The notes under the pieces: generated by a model
Database searches by the model: none
What the model was told of the DNA's origin: nothing
The model's input: the letters and a program-made list of their open reading frames with translations, nothing else
NCBI RefSeq assembly: GCF_006345805.1
Contig: NC_043014.1
Span: 42,904,001-42,968,000, forward strand
Origin: Octopus sinensis
Taxonomy: Eukaryota
DNA length: 64,000 nucleotides
Direction of reading: 5' to 3'
In this document: piece by piece, positions 49,349 through 61,035 of the stretch
Numbering within the stretch: the stretch's first letter is position 1
Layout: each line of letters starts with the position of its first letter
Made by a program: the position numbers and the translations under genes

Positions 49349-49774
49349 TGTTTCTTTATTAGCCACACAGATAACGATGCAAATAAAAATGCTTGGGCTT
49401 GATGTATAAAATATACATACAATAATATACACATGTAAACATGTATATCAGGATATATATAGAGAGAAACAAAAATTGAAACTGTTCGGAAGATGAACAC
49501 TCATATATAAGCATTTACATATTTATATATTTACTGAACAAAAAAATCAGAAAACTATGGGGAGAAAGCATGGTATTTCAGGTCTAACAGCTGTTTCTGG
49601 TGTTAGGTATTATGTATTAGTTATATGTTGGCAAATTGGAGTGCATAAAAAATTAAGGATATGGAACCAGTTGTGGATGCATATAGATATTAGTGTAAAG
49701 CCAGCCTCCGTCTTCAGGGTGGGAAAGTTGGCAGCTAGTGGTTCAGATCATAATTCTAGAGAATTTAGGAGTGG

Positions 49775-50345
49775 GTGAAGTGGAAGGTAAATGGAAGAAG
49801 GTGGAAGGAGGATGTAGGCAGTTAAGGGGGAGGAGTGTGTTGATACAGAGGAAGGGCAAGAGGAGATAGGAGGGATAGAGCAAGGAGAGGGAGGTGGTGA
49901 GAGAGCAGGGTATTGGGAGAAGTAGAAGTAAAAAGAAATGGGTGAAGAAGAAGGCAAAAGGAAGGAGATGGAAGGGGGGTTCGGGGGAGGAGGGTGTTGA
50001 AGCAGAGAAGAGGCAAGAGGAGGAGGATGTAGGAGGTTCGGGGGAGGAGTGTGTAGAAGCAGAGAAGAGGCAGGAGGAGACAGGAGAGGGAGAAGGAAGT
50101 AGTTGGAAGGAGGATGTAGGGGGTTTGGGGGAGATGTAGAAGCAGAGGAGAGGCAAGAGGAGACAAGAGAGAGAGCAGGAAGCAGGTGGAAGGAGGATGT
50201 AGAGGGGTTGGGGAAGGAGGGTGTTGAAGCAGAGGAGAGGCAAGAGGAGACAGGAGAGGCAGAGCAGGAAGTAGGTGGACGGAGGATATAGGGGCTTCGG
50301 GGGGGGGGTTGAAGCAGAAGAGAGGCAAGAGGAGATAGGAAAGGC
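49775..50345. repeat. Purine-rich minisatellite
   Basis: Recurrent GTGT(T/A)GAAGCAGAG(A/G)AGAGGCAAGAGGAG and GGAAGGAGGATGTAG units. Confidence 0.85.
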
Positions 50346-50579
50346 AAGTGTGTGTGTATGTGTCTTTGTGTCTGTGTGTCTCTCACTACTTCTTGATGAC
50401 TGGTGTTGGTGTGTTTACATCCCCAAATTAGCAGTTCAACAAAAGACAACAAAGAAACACCTACCAGGTTAAAAAACAAAGTCCTGGGGTGATTCATTCA
50501 ACTAAAAACTCTTCCAGGCAGTTTCCCCAGCATGGCTGTAGTCTAATGAATGAAACAAGTAAAAGGTGGAAAATATTCT

Positions 50580-51410
50580 AGTGTGGGTGCATGGCTTAGT
50601 GGTTAGAATGTCAGACTCTATCATAAGATTGTGGTTTCAATTCCTGGACTGGACGAAGCATTGTGTTTTTGAGCAAAACACTTCCTTTTATATTGCTCCA
50701 GTCCACTCAGCTGGCAAAAATGAGTCACTCTGTGACAGACCAGCATCCCGTCCAGGTGAGTAATTTATGTGCCATGAAACTTGGAAACCAGCCCTTGTGA
50801 GTCAGGACGACTTGAGAAGATAACTTTACCTGTTGTGATGGTGGAAGCACATGACCTAATGGTTAGAGCTGTGGACTCGCAGTCAAGGGATCATGGGTTT
50901 GAATCTCAGACCGGGTGATGTATGTGTTTATGAGTGAAACACCTAAGCTCCACGTGGCTTCGGCAGAAGGTAATGCTGAACTTCTGCTGACTCTTTTGCC
51001 ACAACTTTCTCTCACTCTTTCCTCCTGCATCTTGCAGCTCACCTGTGATGGACCGGCGTCTCGTCCAGGTGGGGAACCTATATGCCAAGGAAACAGGGAA
51101 ACTGGTGCTTATGAGCCAGGCATGGCTCGAGAAGGAACAAAACAACCTGTTGTGATGGCATGTAGCTTAGTGGTTAGGGTGTTGGATTCATGATTGTAAG
51201 ATTGTGGTTTCAATTCCTGGACTGGGAGATTGTTGTGTTCTTGAGCAAAACACTTCATTTCATGTTGCTCCAGTCCACTCAGCTGGCAAAAATGAGTAAC
51301 TCTATGATGGATCGGCATCCTCTCCAGGAGGAGAATCTATTCGCTATGGAAACCAGGAAACCGGCCCTTATGAGTTGGCATGATGCATGAAGGTAACTTC
51401 ACCTTTACCT
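50580..51410 (+). mobile_element. SINE-C dimer with SINE-D (50842-51144) inserted at its junction
   Basis: 14-bp TSD ACCTGTTGTGATGG at 50828-50841 and 51145-51158. Confidence 0.85.
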
Positions 51411-51743
51411 TCAAAAGACATTTTAAAAATGGTCAAGTGATTTTGAGCCAACCTGTATTTCAACCATATTTTTTTTTTATTGAAATAATCCTTCTCTTAT
51501 GGTGTGGCAAGTAGCCATCACCAAAATGTATTTTAGATGTAGATTTATTGAACTGGATTATGATTGAGTGAGGATATATCATCATCTTGGAATGTTGATT
51601 TCTGTTTGGACTTTATTGAAACAGATTATGATTAATTACAGATGCACTGATCTCTCTACATATCATGTTCCATCATCATAATCCTCCTCCTCCTCCTCCT
51701 CATCATCATCATCATCATCGTAATCATCATCATCATCATCATC

Positions 51744-51775
<32 letters not shown>

Positions 51776-51841
51776 GTCGTCGTTGCCGCCATCATCATCA
51801 TCATGATCATCATCATGATCATCATCATCATCATCGTTATC

Positions 51842-51941
51842 NNNNNNNNNNNNNNNNNNNNNNNNNNNNNNNNNNNNNNNNNNNNNNNNNNNNNNNNNNN
51901 NNNNNNNNNNNNNNNNNNNNNNNNNNNNNNNNNNNNNNNNN
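51842..51941. other. Assembly gap
   Basis: 100 N. Confidence 1.
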
Positions 51942-52479
51942 TTTGTTGTTACTCTGTTCATTTCTTCAAACCCCATTGTTTTAAGTCTACTGTCCCAATC
52001 AAAATCTTCGCAGCCCGCCATTCGTTCGCGGTTCGCCCGCCCTCCCACCCCCACCACCCATACCGGAGAACACACTCTGTTTACACCATCCTCACCGGAT
52101 ATCCCCTCTACCACCACCACATAACGTGTGTCTGTTCCTCCTACCCCTCCTCCTCAATATACTTTCTCACTATGTATTTTACCTGCCCCTCTCCCCCTGG
52201 ACAGAAGCAGCTAGCGCTGCAGCTCATCAAACGTCCACTTAAACCTGTTATCTTATGTTCCTCCTGTTTTGAAATGTGTCACTCGTGATATCTACGTTTT
52301 ACTTCTCTACTTTCATTCTGTCTAGAACCTGCCACCAACCTACCTGGATCGTTTCTCTTTACCCCAAACTTCCCCACTGGTGCTCCCCTATATAACATGC
52401 ACCCCCCCACTCTCTCTCCCTCTCTCCTCTCTGCGGAACCCTCCCCCTGCGCAATGCAACGAAAAAGGCAATAACCGTC

Positions 52480-52706
52480 GTGGGCCGATGCCAGACCCCT
52501 CTGGCACCTGTGCAGGTGGCACGTAAAAAGCACCCACTACACTCGCGGAGTGGTTGGCGTTAGGAAGGCATCCAGCTGTAGAAACACTGCCAGATCAGAC
52601 TGGAGCCGGGGCAGTCCCTGCTCCCCAGACCCCGGTCAAACCGTCCAACCCGTGCTAGCGCGGAAAACAGACGTTAAACGATGATGATGATGATGATGAT
52701 GATGAT
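52480..52706 (+). mobile_element. RTE 3'-UTR end with (GAT)n tail
   Basis: GGCACGTAAAAAGCACCCACTACACTC...GACGTTAAACGATGATG. Confidence 0.8.
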
Positions 52707-52758
52707 ATATATATATATATACTGAAGTCACAGTTGTAAATTGTAAAACACAACTGCA

Positions 52759-52803
52759 TGAACCTGAAGATTGCATAGTTTAATGCATGAAAGTACTAGT
52801 TCA
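52759..52803 (+). ncRNA. Minimal type I hammerhead ribozyme motif
   Basis: TGAAC-CTGAAGA-T-TGCAT-agttta-ATGCA-T-GAAA-GTAC-TA-GTTCA: perfect 5-bp stems I and II, palindromic AGTACT stem III, CUA triplet. Confidence 0.75.
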
Positions 52804-52936
52804 ATCAGAATGGACATTTAATATTCTATCATTTCATTATATTATATAATCTTATATCATATTATTATAAGGTTGTAAATAAAACGTGAAAATCAACAAA
52901 CAGATGTATTAGTATAATGTCCAGGAAGTGAGAAAG

Positions 52937-52974
52937 TCTTTTACATTTCGAGCCTATGCTCTTTGACAGAAAGG
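52937..52974 (-). ncRNA. Decayed hammerhead-like motif of the A6U family
   Basis: CCTTT-CTGTCAA-A-GAGC-atag-GCTC-GAAAT-GTA-AAAGA. Confidence 0.4.
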
Positions 52975-53023
52975 AACACAGAAATAAACAGGGAGAGAAA
53001 ATAGAAAAAGGTTTAGTGGCTAG

Positions 53024-53056
<33 letters not shown>

Positions 53057-53067
<11 letters not shown>

Positions 53068-53172
53068 GAGGGCATTACTACACATAAATATTATTTATTT
53101 TAGTAGTTTTGACTTTAAGAGTCCTTCCTAGTGTGTGGCATTTATGTGTAGTAATGCCCTCTATATAATATA
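53057..53172. repeat. Perfect 33-bp inverted repeat with a 50-bp spacer
   Basis: TATATTATATAGAGGGCATTACTACACATAAAT / ATTTATGTGTAGTAATGCCCTCTATATAATATA. Confidence 0.9.
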
Positions 53173-53273
53173 AATAAATATATTCAAGTGAAAAAATTGG
53201 TGGATTTTTTCTCTTATGAGGTTTTTTCACACTGACTACTTGATAAATTCTTATAAAGATTTTATCCTCTTTT

Positions 53274-53323
<50 letters not shown>

Positions 53324-53379
53324 ATGTGTGTGTATGTATATGTATATATAATATTAATGTTTGTTTTTATGTTAAGTTA

Positions 53380-53422
53380 TAGTCTGACAATGGCTTAGCT
53401 GGCTGAAACTTCGAAGTCCCTG
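53380..53422 (+). ncRNA. Decayed hammerhead-like motif
   Basis: CTGACAA-TGGCTTAGCTGGCT-GAAAC-TTCGAA-GTC; G8A change, palindromic stem III. Confidence 0.4.
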
Positions 53423-53721
53423 TCAACAACATACATATATGTATATATACATGTATGTGTGTGTGTGTGTATTGTATGCATATAAAAATTTGTTACCAGT
53501 TCAGATATGCTTGAAGGATACTCAAACCTGTTAGAAAACCAACCACTGTGTTTTGTCATGAATAAAACGTCCTACTGTAGTCAAATAGGTGTAAATACAT
53601 TCAGTTGCCCCACAGCTCCTCCTAACCAGACTGTTGAATAGATTCATTTCAGAGTGGTTATCTCCTCTTCAGCAGCAGACACCACTGAATAGCACCACCA
53701 CTCATTGATCAATGACAGATA

Positions 53722-54987
53722 CGAGGGGCGTTCAATAAGTAATGCCCCTGACCCACTTCCCATAGCAGTAGAGCAACGACACTTGGCACAGTTATTAGTC
53801 TTTTCCTACATAGGAACTACCCAGAGTTATGCATTTCTCCCATCGTTTGATACAGCTCTGGAGACCGTTTTTGTAGAAGACCCCAGCTTGGTCCTCCAAC
53901 CACGACGTGACTTCAGAAATCAAGGCTGCATCATCTGGGAAACGCTTTCCTTTCAAAATCAACTTCATGGCTGGGAAGAGGTGAAAATCAGAGGGTGCAA
54001 GGGGAGGAGTTCATAGCTGCATGCCTGTGCTTCTGATCTGGCGACACGCGAGTTGTGGACCAGAGCGTTGTCCTACAGGAGGAGGATGCCTTTGCTGATC
54101 TTGCCCTGCCTCTTGATTTTGATAGCTTCTCTTAATTTCCTCAAAAGTGAAGCATAATAGGCTCCTGTAATTGTGGTACCCTTTGCCAGGAAATCTGTCA
54201 TCACTACTCTGTCCTGGTCCCAGAAGACTGTGAGCATAACCTTGTCAGGAGGGCTGCACCCTTGCCTTCTTTGGAGGAGAGTGAGTCACGGTGCTTTCAC
54301 TGCATTGACTGGGCTTTGGTCTATGGATCATAGTGATGGACCCAGGTTTTATCTGTGTGATCAGTCTTTTGAAAAATTTTGACTCATCTTCTTGGCACAT
54401 CTCCAAATTCATCCTCGAGCACTCAACGCGTTCTTGCTCTGGAAAGGTGTGAGCAACCTGGAAATCCATCTGGCAGACACTTTTGCATATGCAAATGGTC
54501 ATGAATGATAGTTTCCACAGACCCGGTACTAATCTTGACCTTATGGGCTATTTGGCGAATAGTTATGCGTTGACCTTCCAAAATGGCAGCCTCAACTTGA
54601 CGGACAGACGTCTCATCAACGGCAGAAGGGGGCGACCAGATCTGGGAGCTGTTTCCACAGAGTTCCGACTATGTTTGAATTCACAATGCCAGCGTTTTAC
54701 AAGGTCATATGATGGGGCATCATCACCATAAGTTACTTTCATTTCATCAAAAGTCTCCCATGGTGTGCGTCCTTTCAAATACAAAAACCAGATCACTGCT
54801 CAACATTCAACAGGCTCCATTTCACACTTGACTCAGTTCAAACACCTGTAAATCAGAAACCACAATTAGTTCAGAGCTGTAATTCGCCACTTAATCTATA
54901 GAGATATAAATAAGTGCACATGCAAAATTTCAGCTAGATCAAACAAATGCAAATGGGTCAGGGGCATTACTTATTGAACGCCCCTCG
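53722..54987 (-). mobile_element. Full-length mariner (irritans-like) with a pseudogenised transposase at 54820-53795
   Basis: Perfect 34-bp ITRs CGAGGGGCGTTCAATAAGTAATGCCCCTGACCCA and TA TSD; MEPVEC*AVIWFLYLKG...RSGRP, LLL*DNA, LAPSDFHLF, KRWEKCI. Confidence 0.95.
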
Positions 54988-55048
54988 TATATCATAAGAG
55001 TGACCTTTCTCTCATGTCAGTTTGCAGCATCTGCCTTTCCGGTCTCTT

Positions 55049-55093
55049 CAGAAAGAGATTAGCATGGTCCCTGCTCAAAGAGGACACACAAAT
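55049..55093 (+). pseudogene. U6 snRNA internal fragment
   Basis: AGATTAGCATGGTCCCTGCTCAAAGAGGACACACAAAT versus U6 AGATTAGCATGGCCCCTGCGCAAGGATGACACGCAAAT (reference from memory). Confidence 0.75.
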
Positions 55094-55383
55094 CTTACCC
55101 AATCTTTAAACTTGCCTACCTCCAGTTTTTTGCTCCCACTCCAACCCCGTACACTCCTGCAAACTCCACACCCTCTCACACACCTAGTTCCATTGTCCTT
55201 GTCCCATCACACTTCTACTCACCTCACACCTTGTGGAGACACCTGAGCTTCAATCAGTGCAGTATCTCTTCCTTTGTCTACCATTCTTATTATATACAAA
55301 GTCCAATGGACTGCAAAATCAAAATTTAGCAACTACGCACATTTTTCTGACCAAGGTGGGGGTGCTTTTAAATATAGACTTAA

Positions 55384-56124
55384 GCTTATACAGTTTACAT
55401 ATAAACTGACAATATTCCAAGTTGATTAAAAAATTGCACGTGTATGACTTCTTTGATTTATGCTTTTATCATAAATCTGTACATATGCTATGATTTCAAC
55501 AAAAGATGTCTTTTAAATAGAAACCTTTGAAATGAATATCATTTAAATGAATGTCATTTTTATTAACACAAGAGATTAATTAGTACATAGCTTATTTTCT
55601 TTAAGCCGGAATGATGAAGACGTTTTTAATCTTGTTACGCTTGTTTTTCACATATGAAATACCGTTTGTAAATGTTTCTGCTCAGCTCCTACAGCGTATA
55701 AGCTACTGCTTCTTTACCTCCCCCCATCAAATGCTTGGCAATTTTATCCTTCATCTTAAACTGTTGTTATGCCTCTATATAAATGTATGCAAGTGAATGT
55801 CTGTGTGTGTGTGTGTGTGTAAAAATGTGTATGTCATGGACAGAAGATTGCATGTATGTAAGAATGTGTTTATGTAAACATACATCATGTATTAGACATC
55901 CATCGTCTGTGAAACTTTTATCATATTTACCATCTCCTTATCACTATTTATCAGTTTCAGTTTTCCCCTATTGACTTCAGTTTTTTACACTAATTCTCTC
56001 TGTATATTTCTTTCAAACTCTCATGACGAATTTTGCCAATTATAAGTGATTCTTCGTTTATCTTTCACTTTTAATCATTGAAATATTTTATCCTTTTCCA
56101 CCATCATTATACAAAATTCAATAT

Positions 56125-56181
<57 letters not shown>

Positions 56182-56351
56182 GTTTAACGTCCGTTTTCCA
56201 TGCTAGCATTGGGTTGGAAAGTTCGACTGGGGTCTGGGAAGCCAGGAGGCTGCACCAGGCCCCAGTCTGATCTGGGAGTGTTTCTACAGCTGGATGCCCT
56301 TCCTAACGCCAACCACTCCATGAGTGTAGTGGGTGCTTTTTACGTGCCAGG

Positions 56352-56411
<60 letters not shown>

Positions 56412-56423
56412 TATATATGTATA

Positions 56424-56465
<42 letters not shown>

Positions 56466-56591
56466 TATATATGTATATCTATATATATATATACATAATT
56501 TTTTTTACCGTGAAATGGCCTTTTTTCGTGCTGATTCTACTTGGTGAAATTATTGATTACTTCTTAATTAATAAATTTTATCCTTTGTTAT

Positions 56592-56624
<33 letters not shown>

Positions 56625-57022
56625 TATATGAATATATATATGTATATATGAATATACATATGAATATATATATTCATATATACAAAATTCAATGAATTGC
56701 CAAAATTTGGCAAGAGTAGATCTTTTAAAAAAATTCTGTATTGTATTTTACGTTTAATCATAAACAGGTTTATGCTTATACAGTTTACACAAGAAATTGA
56801 CAATATTCCAATTTGGTTAAAAACTGCATGTTTATGAATTCTTTGATTTATGCTTTTATCATAAATCTGTACGTTTGCTATGATTTGAACAACAGATGTC
56901 ATTTAAATAGATACCTTTGAAATGAATATCATTTAAAACGAATGTCATTTTTATTAGCACAAGAGATTAATTAATGTATAGGAGATTTTCTTTAAGTCAG
57001 TATGATGAAGACATTTTTAATC
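55384..57022 (+). repeat. Dispersed direct duplication of about 250 bp (55384-55631 and 56773-57022)
   Basis: Shared GCTTATACAGTTTACA...TTCTTTGATTTATGCTTTTATCATAAATCTGTAC...ATGATGAAGAC.TTTTTAATC. Confidence 0.85.
56126..56352 (-). mobile_element. RTE 3'-UTR end with (GAT)n tail
   Basis: Reverse complement of the 52480-52706 type. Confidence 0.8.
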
Positions 57023-57227
57023 GCATAGAAATACTTGTTTTTGATATATTAGATATTATAATTGTATGTTGTTTCCACTCAAGATATGTTTTGGTTGCTT
57101 GTTCTAAAAACTTTACACGATCAATTTGTATGATTTCATTGCCATTTATGATTAAGCACGCCTTATTTCCAGCCAATTACTTTATCATTTTTGTTGTATT
57201 CTTATGCTCATAAATCTTCTGCTTCTG

Positions 57228-57512
57228 TAATCTATCCGCTCAGTCGAAGTCGACTCTCGGTTACTCGTTGGATCAGTTGTCCTCCAGTCAGTTCTGTCCT
57301 GAGCCACTTCTTTCAGATTGGCTATGTCCATTCCAGTATCACTCTTGATGGTGTCGAGCCAGTGGGTTCTTGGTTGGTCTCTTCCTCTCTTGCCACTGAC
57401 CATTCCAAGCATGATGTCCTTCTCCAGGGATTTTCTCCACATAATATGACTGAAATATGCCAATCTATGCTTGGTGATCCTAGCTTCTAGCGACATTTTC
57501 GGCCTGATCTGT
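57228..57512 (-). mobile_element. RTE (BovB-like) LINE 3' end
   Basis: SLEARITKHRLAYFSHIMWRKSLEKDIMLGMVSGKRGRDQPRTHWLDTIK...AQDRTDWR. Confidence 0.88.
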
Positions 57513-58495
57513 AAAAGAGTGTTAAATATTCCTTTCTACTAATAGGTACAAGGATTGAAATTTTGGAGAGTGGTGGAGGGGGGTGGGCTTGTCAATTACC
57601 TCGACCCCAGTACTCAACCGCTACTTATTTTATCGACCCTGAAAAGGACAAAGGGCAAAATCAACCTCAACAGAACTTGAACTCGTCCTTTTGGGGGTCG
57701 ATAAAATAAATATCAATTGCAGCGTGGAAGGTGTTTATAAGCCATTTAAGAAACACACAAAAACCGTTAGATTCACTTCAACATTTAAATTTAATTTGTT
57801 CAAAATATTTTCGTCGCTTTGAGACTGCGACCAGTTCACTAACAAAATTCTGTGCTGCACCTGAGAAAGTAGCAGTTAAACCTTCAGTGAGATGCAGTGT
57901 CTAATGAAATGAAGCTGTTGCTTAGCTGTTATTTTCCTCAAGCAACAAGTAACGGCTTTCCTCAGAGTTTTGGTAGCCTGGCTCACACTACTTGCATAGC
58001 AAGTGACCTGATCTGAGATTGTGTGCTGGAACGAAAACAATTGCAGCATGGAAGGTTAGAGTTAGGGTTAGGGTTTAGGAATGATAGCAAAAGGGGCTGA
58101 TTGCTACCTATCTCAGATACCAGTAAATCCAAGAATGGCAAAAATTCAAAAAATAGTGTTCATGGGAACTGCTCATACCCTACAAAACTATTGTCTATGT
58201 AATCTCCAAAAAATTCTAATCTGTAAATATTGTCAAAAGTACTTTTAAATGTGCATAATAGCAAACACCTTTCACTGTTATCTTAAGATCACACTATTGT
58301 CTTATAATCAAATTATTTTTAAGACAAACTTCTAATTTTCTTGTTTTGATAGACATTCTCTAGAACAATACTTTGAGCAAAACAAAATGGCGACCTAGTC
58401 ACAACACCGACTTGAACTTCTAACTTGTTGTCTCTTGAGATCTCTGGGTGAGATTTGGAGTCAACTTGTAGAAATACAAAGCAAAAACCAAACAT

Positions 58496-58502
58496 ATAAT
58501 AA

Positions 58503-58546
<44 letters not shown>

Positions 58547-58582
58547 GTAATAATAATAATGCTGATAATAATAATAATAATG

Positions 58583-58625
<43 letters not shown>

Positions 58626-58635
58626 TAACAATAAC

Positions 58636-58676
<41 letters not shown>

Positions 58677-58706
58677 TAATAATGCTGATAATAATAATAA
58701 TAATAA
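58496..58706. repeat. (AAT)n array
   Basis: Directly visible. Confidence 0.95.
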
Positions 58707-58845
58707 AATAACATTTTTGTTAATAACTCTCTTATTTTCATTTATAAATGTAATAATCTCATGCTTTTACCTAATAAAAAAAAGTCAGTAAAATATTCTC
58801 AAATTTTATTATATATATATATATATATATATATGCATGTATATA

Positions 58846-59021
58846 GGAGCAGGAGTGGCTGTGTGGTAAGTAGCTTGCTTACCAACTATATGGTTCCGGG
58901 TTTGGTCCCACTGCATGGCATCTTGGGCAAGTGTCTTCTACTGTAGCCTTGGGCCGACCAAAGCCTTGTGAGTGGATTTAGTAGACGGAAACTGAAAGAA
59001 GTCTGTTGTATATATGTATAC

Positions 59022-59053
<32 letters not shown>

Positions 59054-59270
59054 TTTTGTGTCTATGTTTGTCCCCACAACATCGCTTGACAACCAATGGT
59101 GGTGGTGTGTTTACGTCCCAGTAACTTAGCAGTTCAGCAAAAGAGACCAATAGAATAAATACTAGGCTTCCAAAGAATAAGTCTTGGGGTCAATTTGCTT
59201 GACTTAAAGGCGGTGCTCCAGCATGGCCATAGTCAAATGACTGAAACAAGTAAAAGAGTAAGAGAGTAAA
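58846..59270 (+). mobile_element. SINE-A, full length
   Basis: Head to tail match. Confidence 0.9.
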
Positions 59271-59720
59271 ATAATTTTTAAAAAATTTTATCTGATAAAG
59301 ATGGTGGATTGGTTGACTTGTGAGGGCAGTGACCAAAATGCTCTGCAGTATTAGTTATGGATCTTCACATCCTGAATTCTAATCTTGTTGTGATAAACTT
59401 TACCATTCATCCATTTTGGATTATCCTCCTCCTCCTCATCATCGTTATCATAATTTTCCATTCTCGCACAGGTCAGATAGAATTTGTTGAGGCAGACTTT
59501 TTTTTTACAGCTGGATGCCTTTTCTGTTGCTAACCATCACCTAATACAAACCAATGTATTATTATTTTTCCAAAGCTAGACATATTTTTCATAGAAAACA
59601 GGAAACAAACAGCCTCATTTGTATGATGATGATGCTCATTTACAACCATCATGTGATGCCTAGACAAGAATTGACATATACACACACACATACACAATAA
59701 GTATCTGTCTGTCTGCCTGT

Positions 59721-59761
<41 letters not shown>

Positions 59762-59837
59762 AACCTACCTACTTACCTACCTACCTACCGACCTACCTAC
59801 CTACCTACCTACCTACCTACCTACCTACCTATCTATC

Positions 59838-60027
59838 TTATTTCTTTATTGCCCACAAGGGGCTAAACATAGAGGGGACAAATATGCACAGACTAAGGGA
59901 TTAAGTCGATTACATTGACCCTAGTGTGTAACTGGTACTTAATTTATCAACTCCGAAAGGATGAAAGGCAAAGTCGACCTCGGTAGAATTTGAACTCAGA
60001 ACGTAACGGCAGACGAAATACTGCTAA
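59838..60027 (-). mobile_element. SINE-B inserted in a (CTAT/CTAC)n array
   Basis: Tetranucleotide arrays on both sides (59701-59837, 60028-60133). Confidence 0.85.
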
Positions 60028-60117
<90 letters not shown>

Positions 60118-60133
60118 TTATCTATCTATCTAT

Positions 60134-60512
60134 AACCAAACTGGAACACATAATCTTCTGCTTCTTGTGGAAGGGAAGTGTTCCGATGGTTAGGCGATCC
60201 ATTTGCTGTCAACATCCACTAAATGGAGGGCTAGGCATGTCGCGGTTGATGATGCACAGGCATGTGCTGAGACTACGACATCTCCAGCACTTCACAGACA
60301 ACAGTAAACAGATGTGGTTGTTGTTTGTGTGGTGCGCTTTCCCGCAGCTCATCTCCTTGGCTGAACTGCAGTCATGGATCAAACAGAGACCGAGGCTAGG
60401 CGAATGGCACCATGAGTGTCACGTTGCTCTCAAGCAACTCTGCTGTCTGGGATCAAACTCGTGCAACTTCATTACAACAAAGGCGTTCTATAGAGGATTA
60501 ATGGAGGGGAGG
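60134..60512 (+). mobile_element. Tx1/L1-group ORF2 internal fragment
   Basis: LWKGSVPMVRRSICCQHPLNGGLGMSRL...LRLRHL matches the post-RT W.G....V.......P...GGLG motif; starts directly after (TATC)n. Confidence 0.7.
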
Positions 60513-60622
60513 GCATCCAACCGTAGAAACCATACTGAAACAGACTAAGGAAATTTGGTGTGGATCCTGGCCTGTCAAAACATCCAGACCCTGCCAGCTG
60601 GGAAAACAGACGTTAAATGATT

Positions 60623-60659
<37 letters not shown>

Positions 60660-61035
60660 TCAGGCAATGACCGGTTATAGAATTGAAACATGATCTTACG
60701 ATTACGAATGCATCACCCCCCAACAACAAGGCTACATGCTGTCACAGGCACAACAATTGGTTGAAATATATTTACTCAAACAAATAAGCCACATGTTTTT
60801 TTTAATTCAATCTTTCTCATATTGCAATAACTATTTTTAAAATAGTTTAGCAATTGTTACGTAATACGATCACGGCTTACAAATTTAGACATTTCGTTCG
60901 ACAGATTGCGAGAAGTAATTTATAGCTTCATCCTGTTAACAACAACCATTTCATATGTTCAGTTTTCAAATAGCAATGGCTCTTGTTTTGAGATAACTGG
61001 AGAATCAGTGTCAGTGATTTTTACGTGGCACCATC

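Noticed and set aside
56800-57213. GPCR-like NSLIYAF motif or piggyBac-like peptide
   Set aside because: AT-rich chance similarity with stops in all frames
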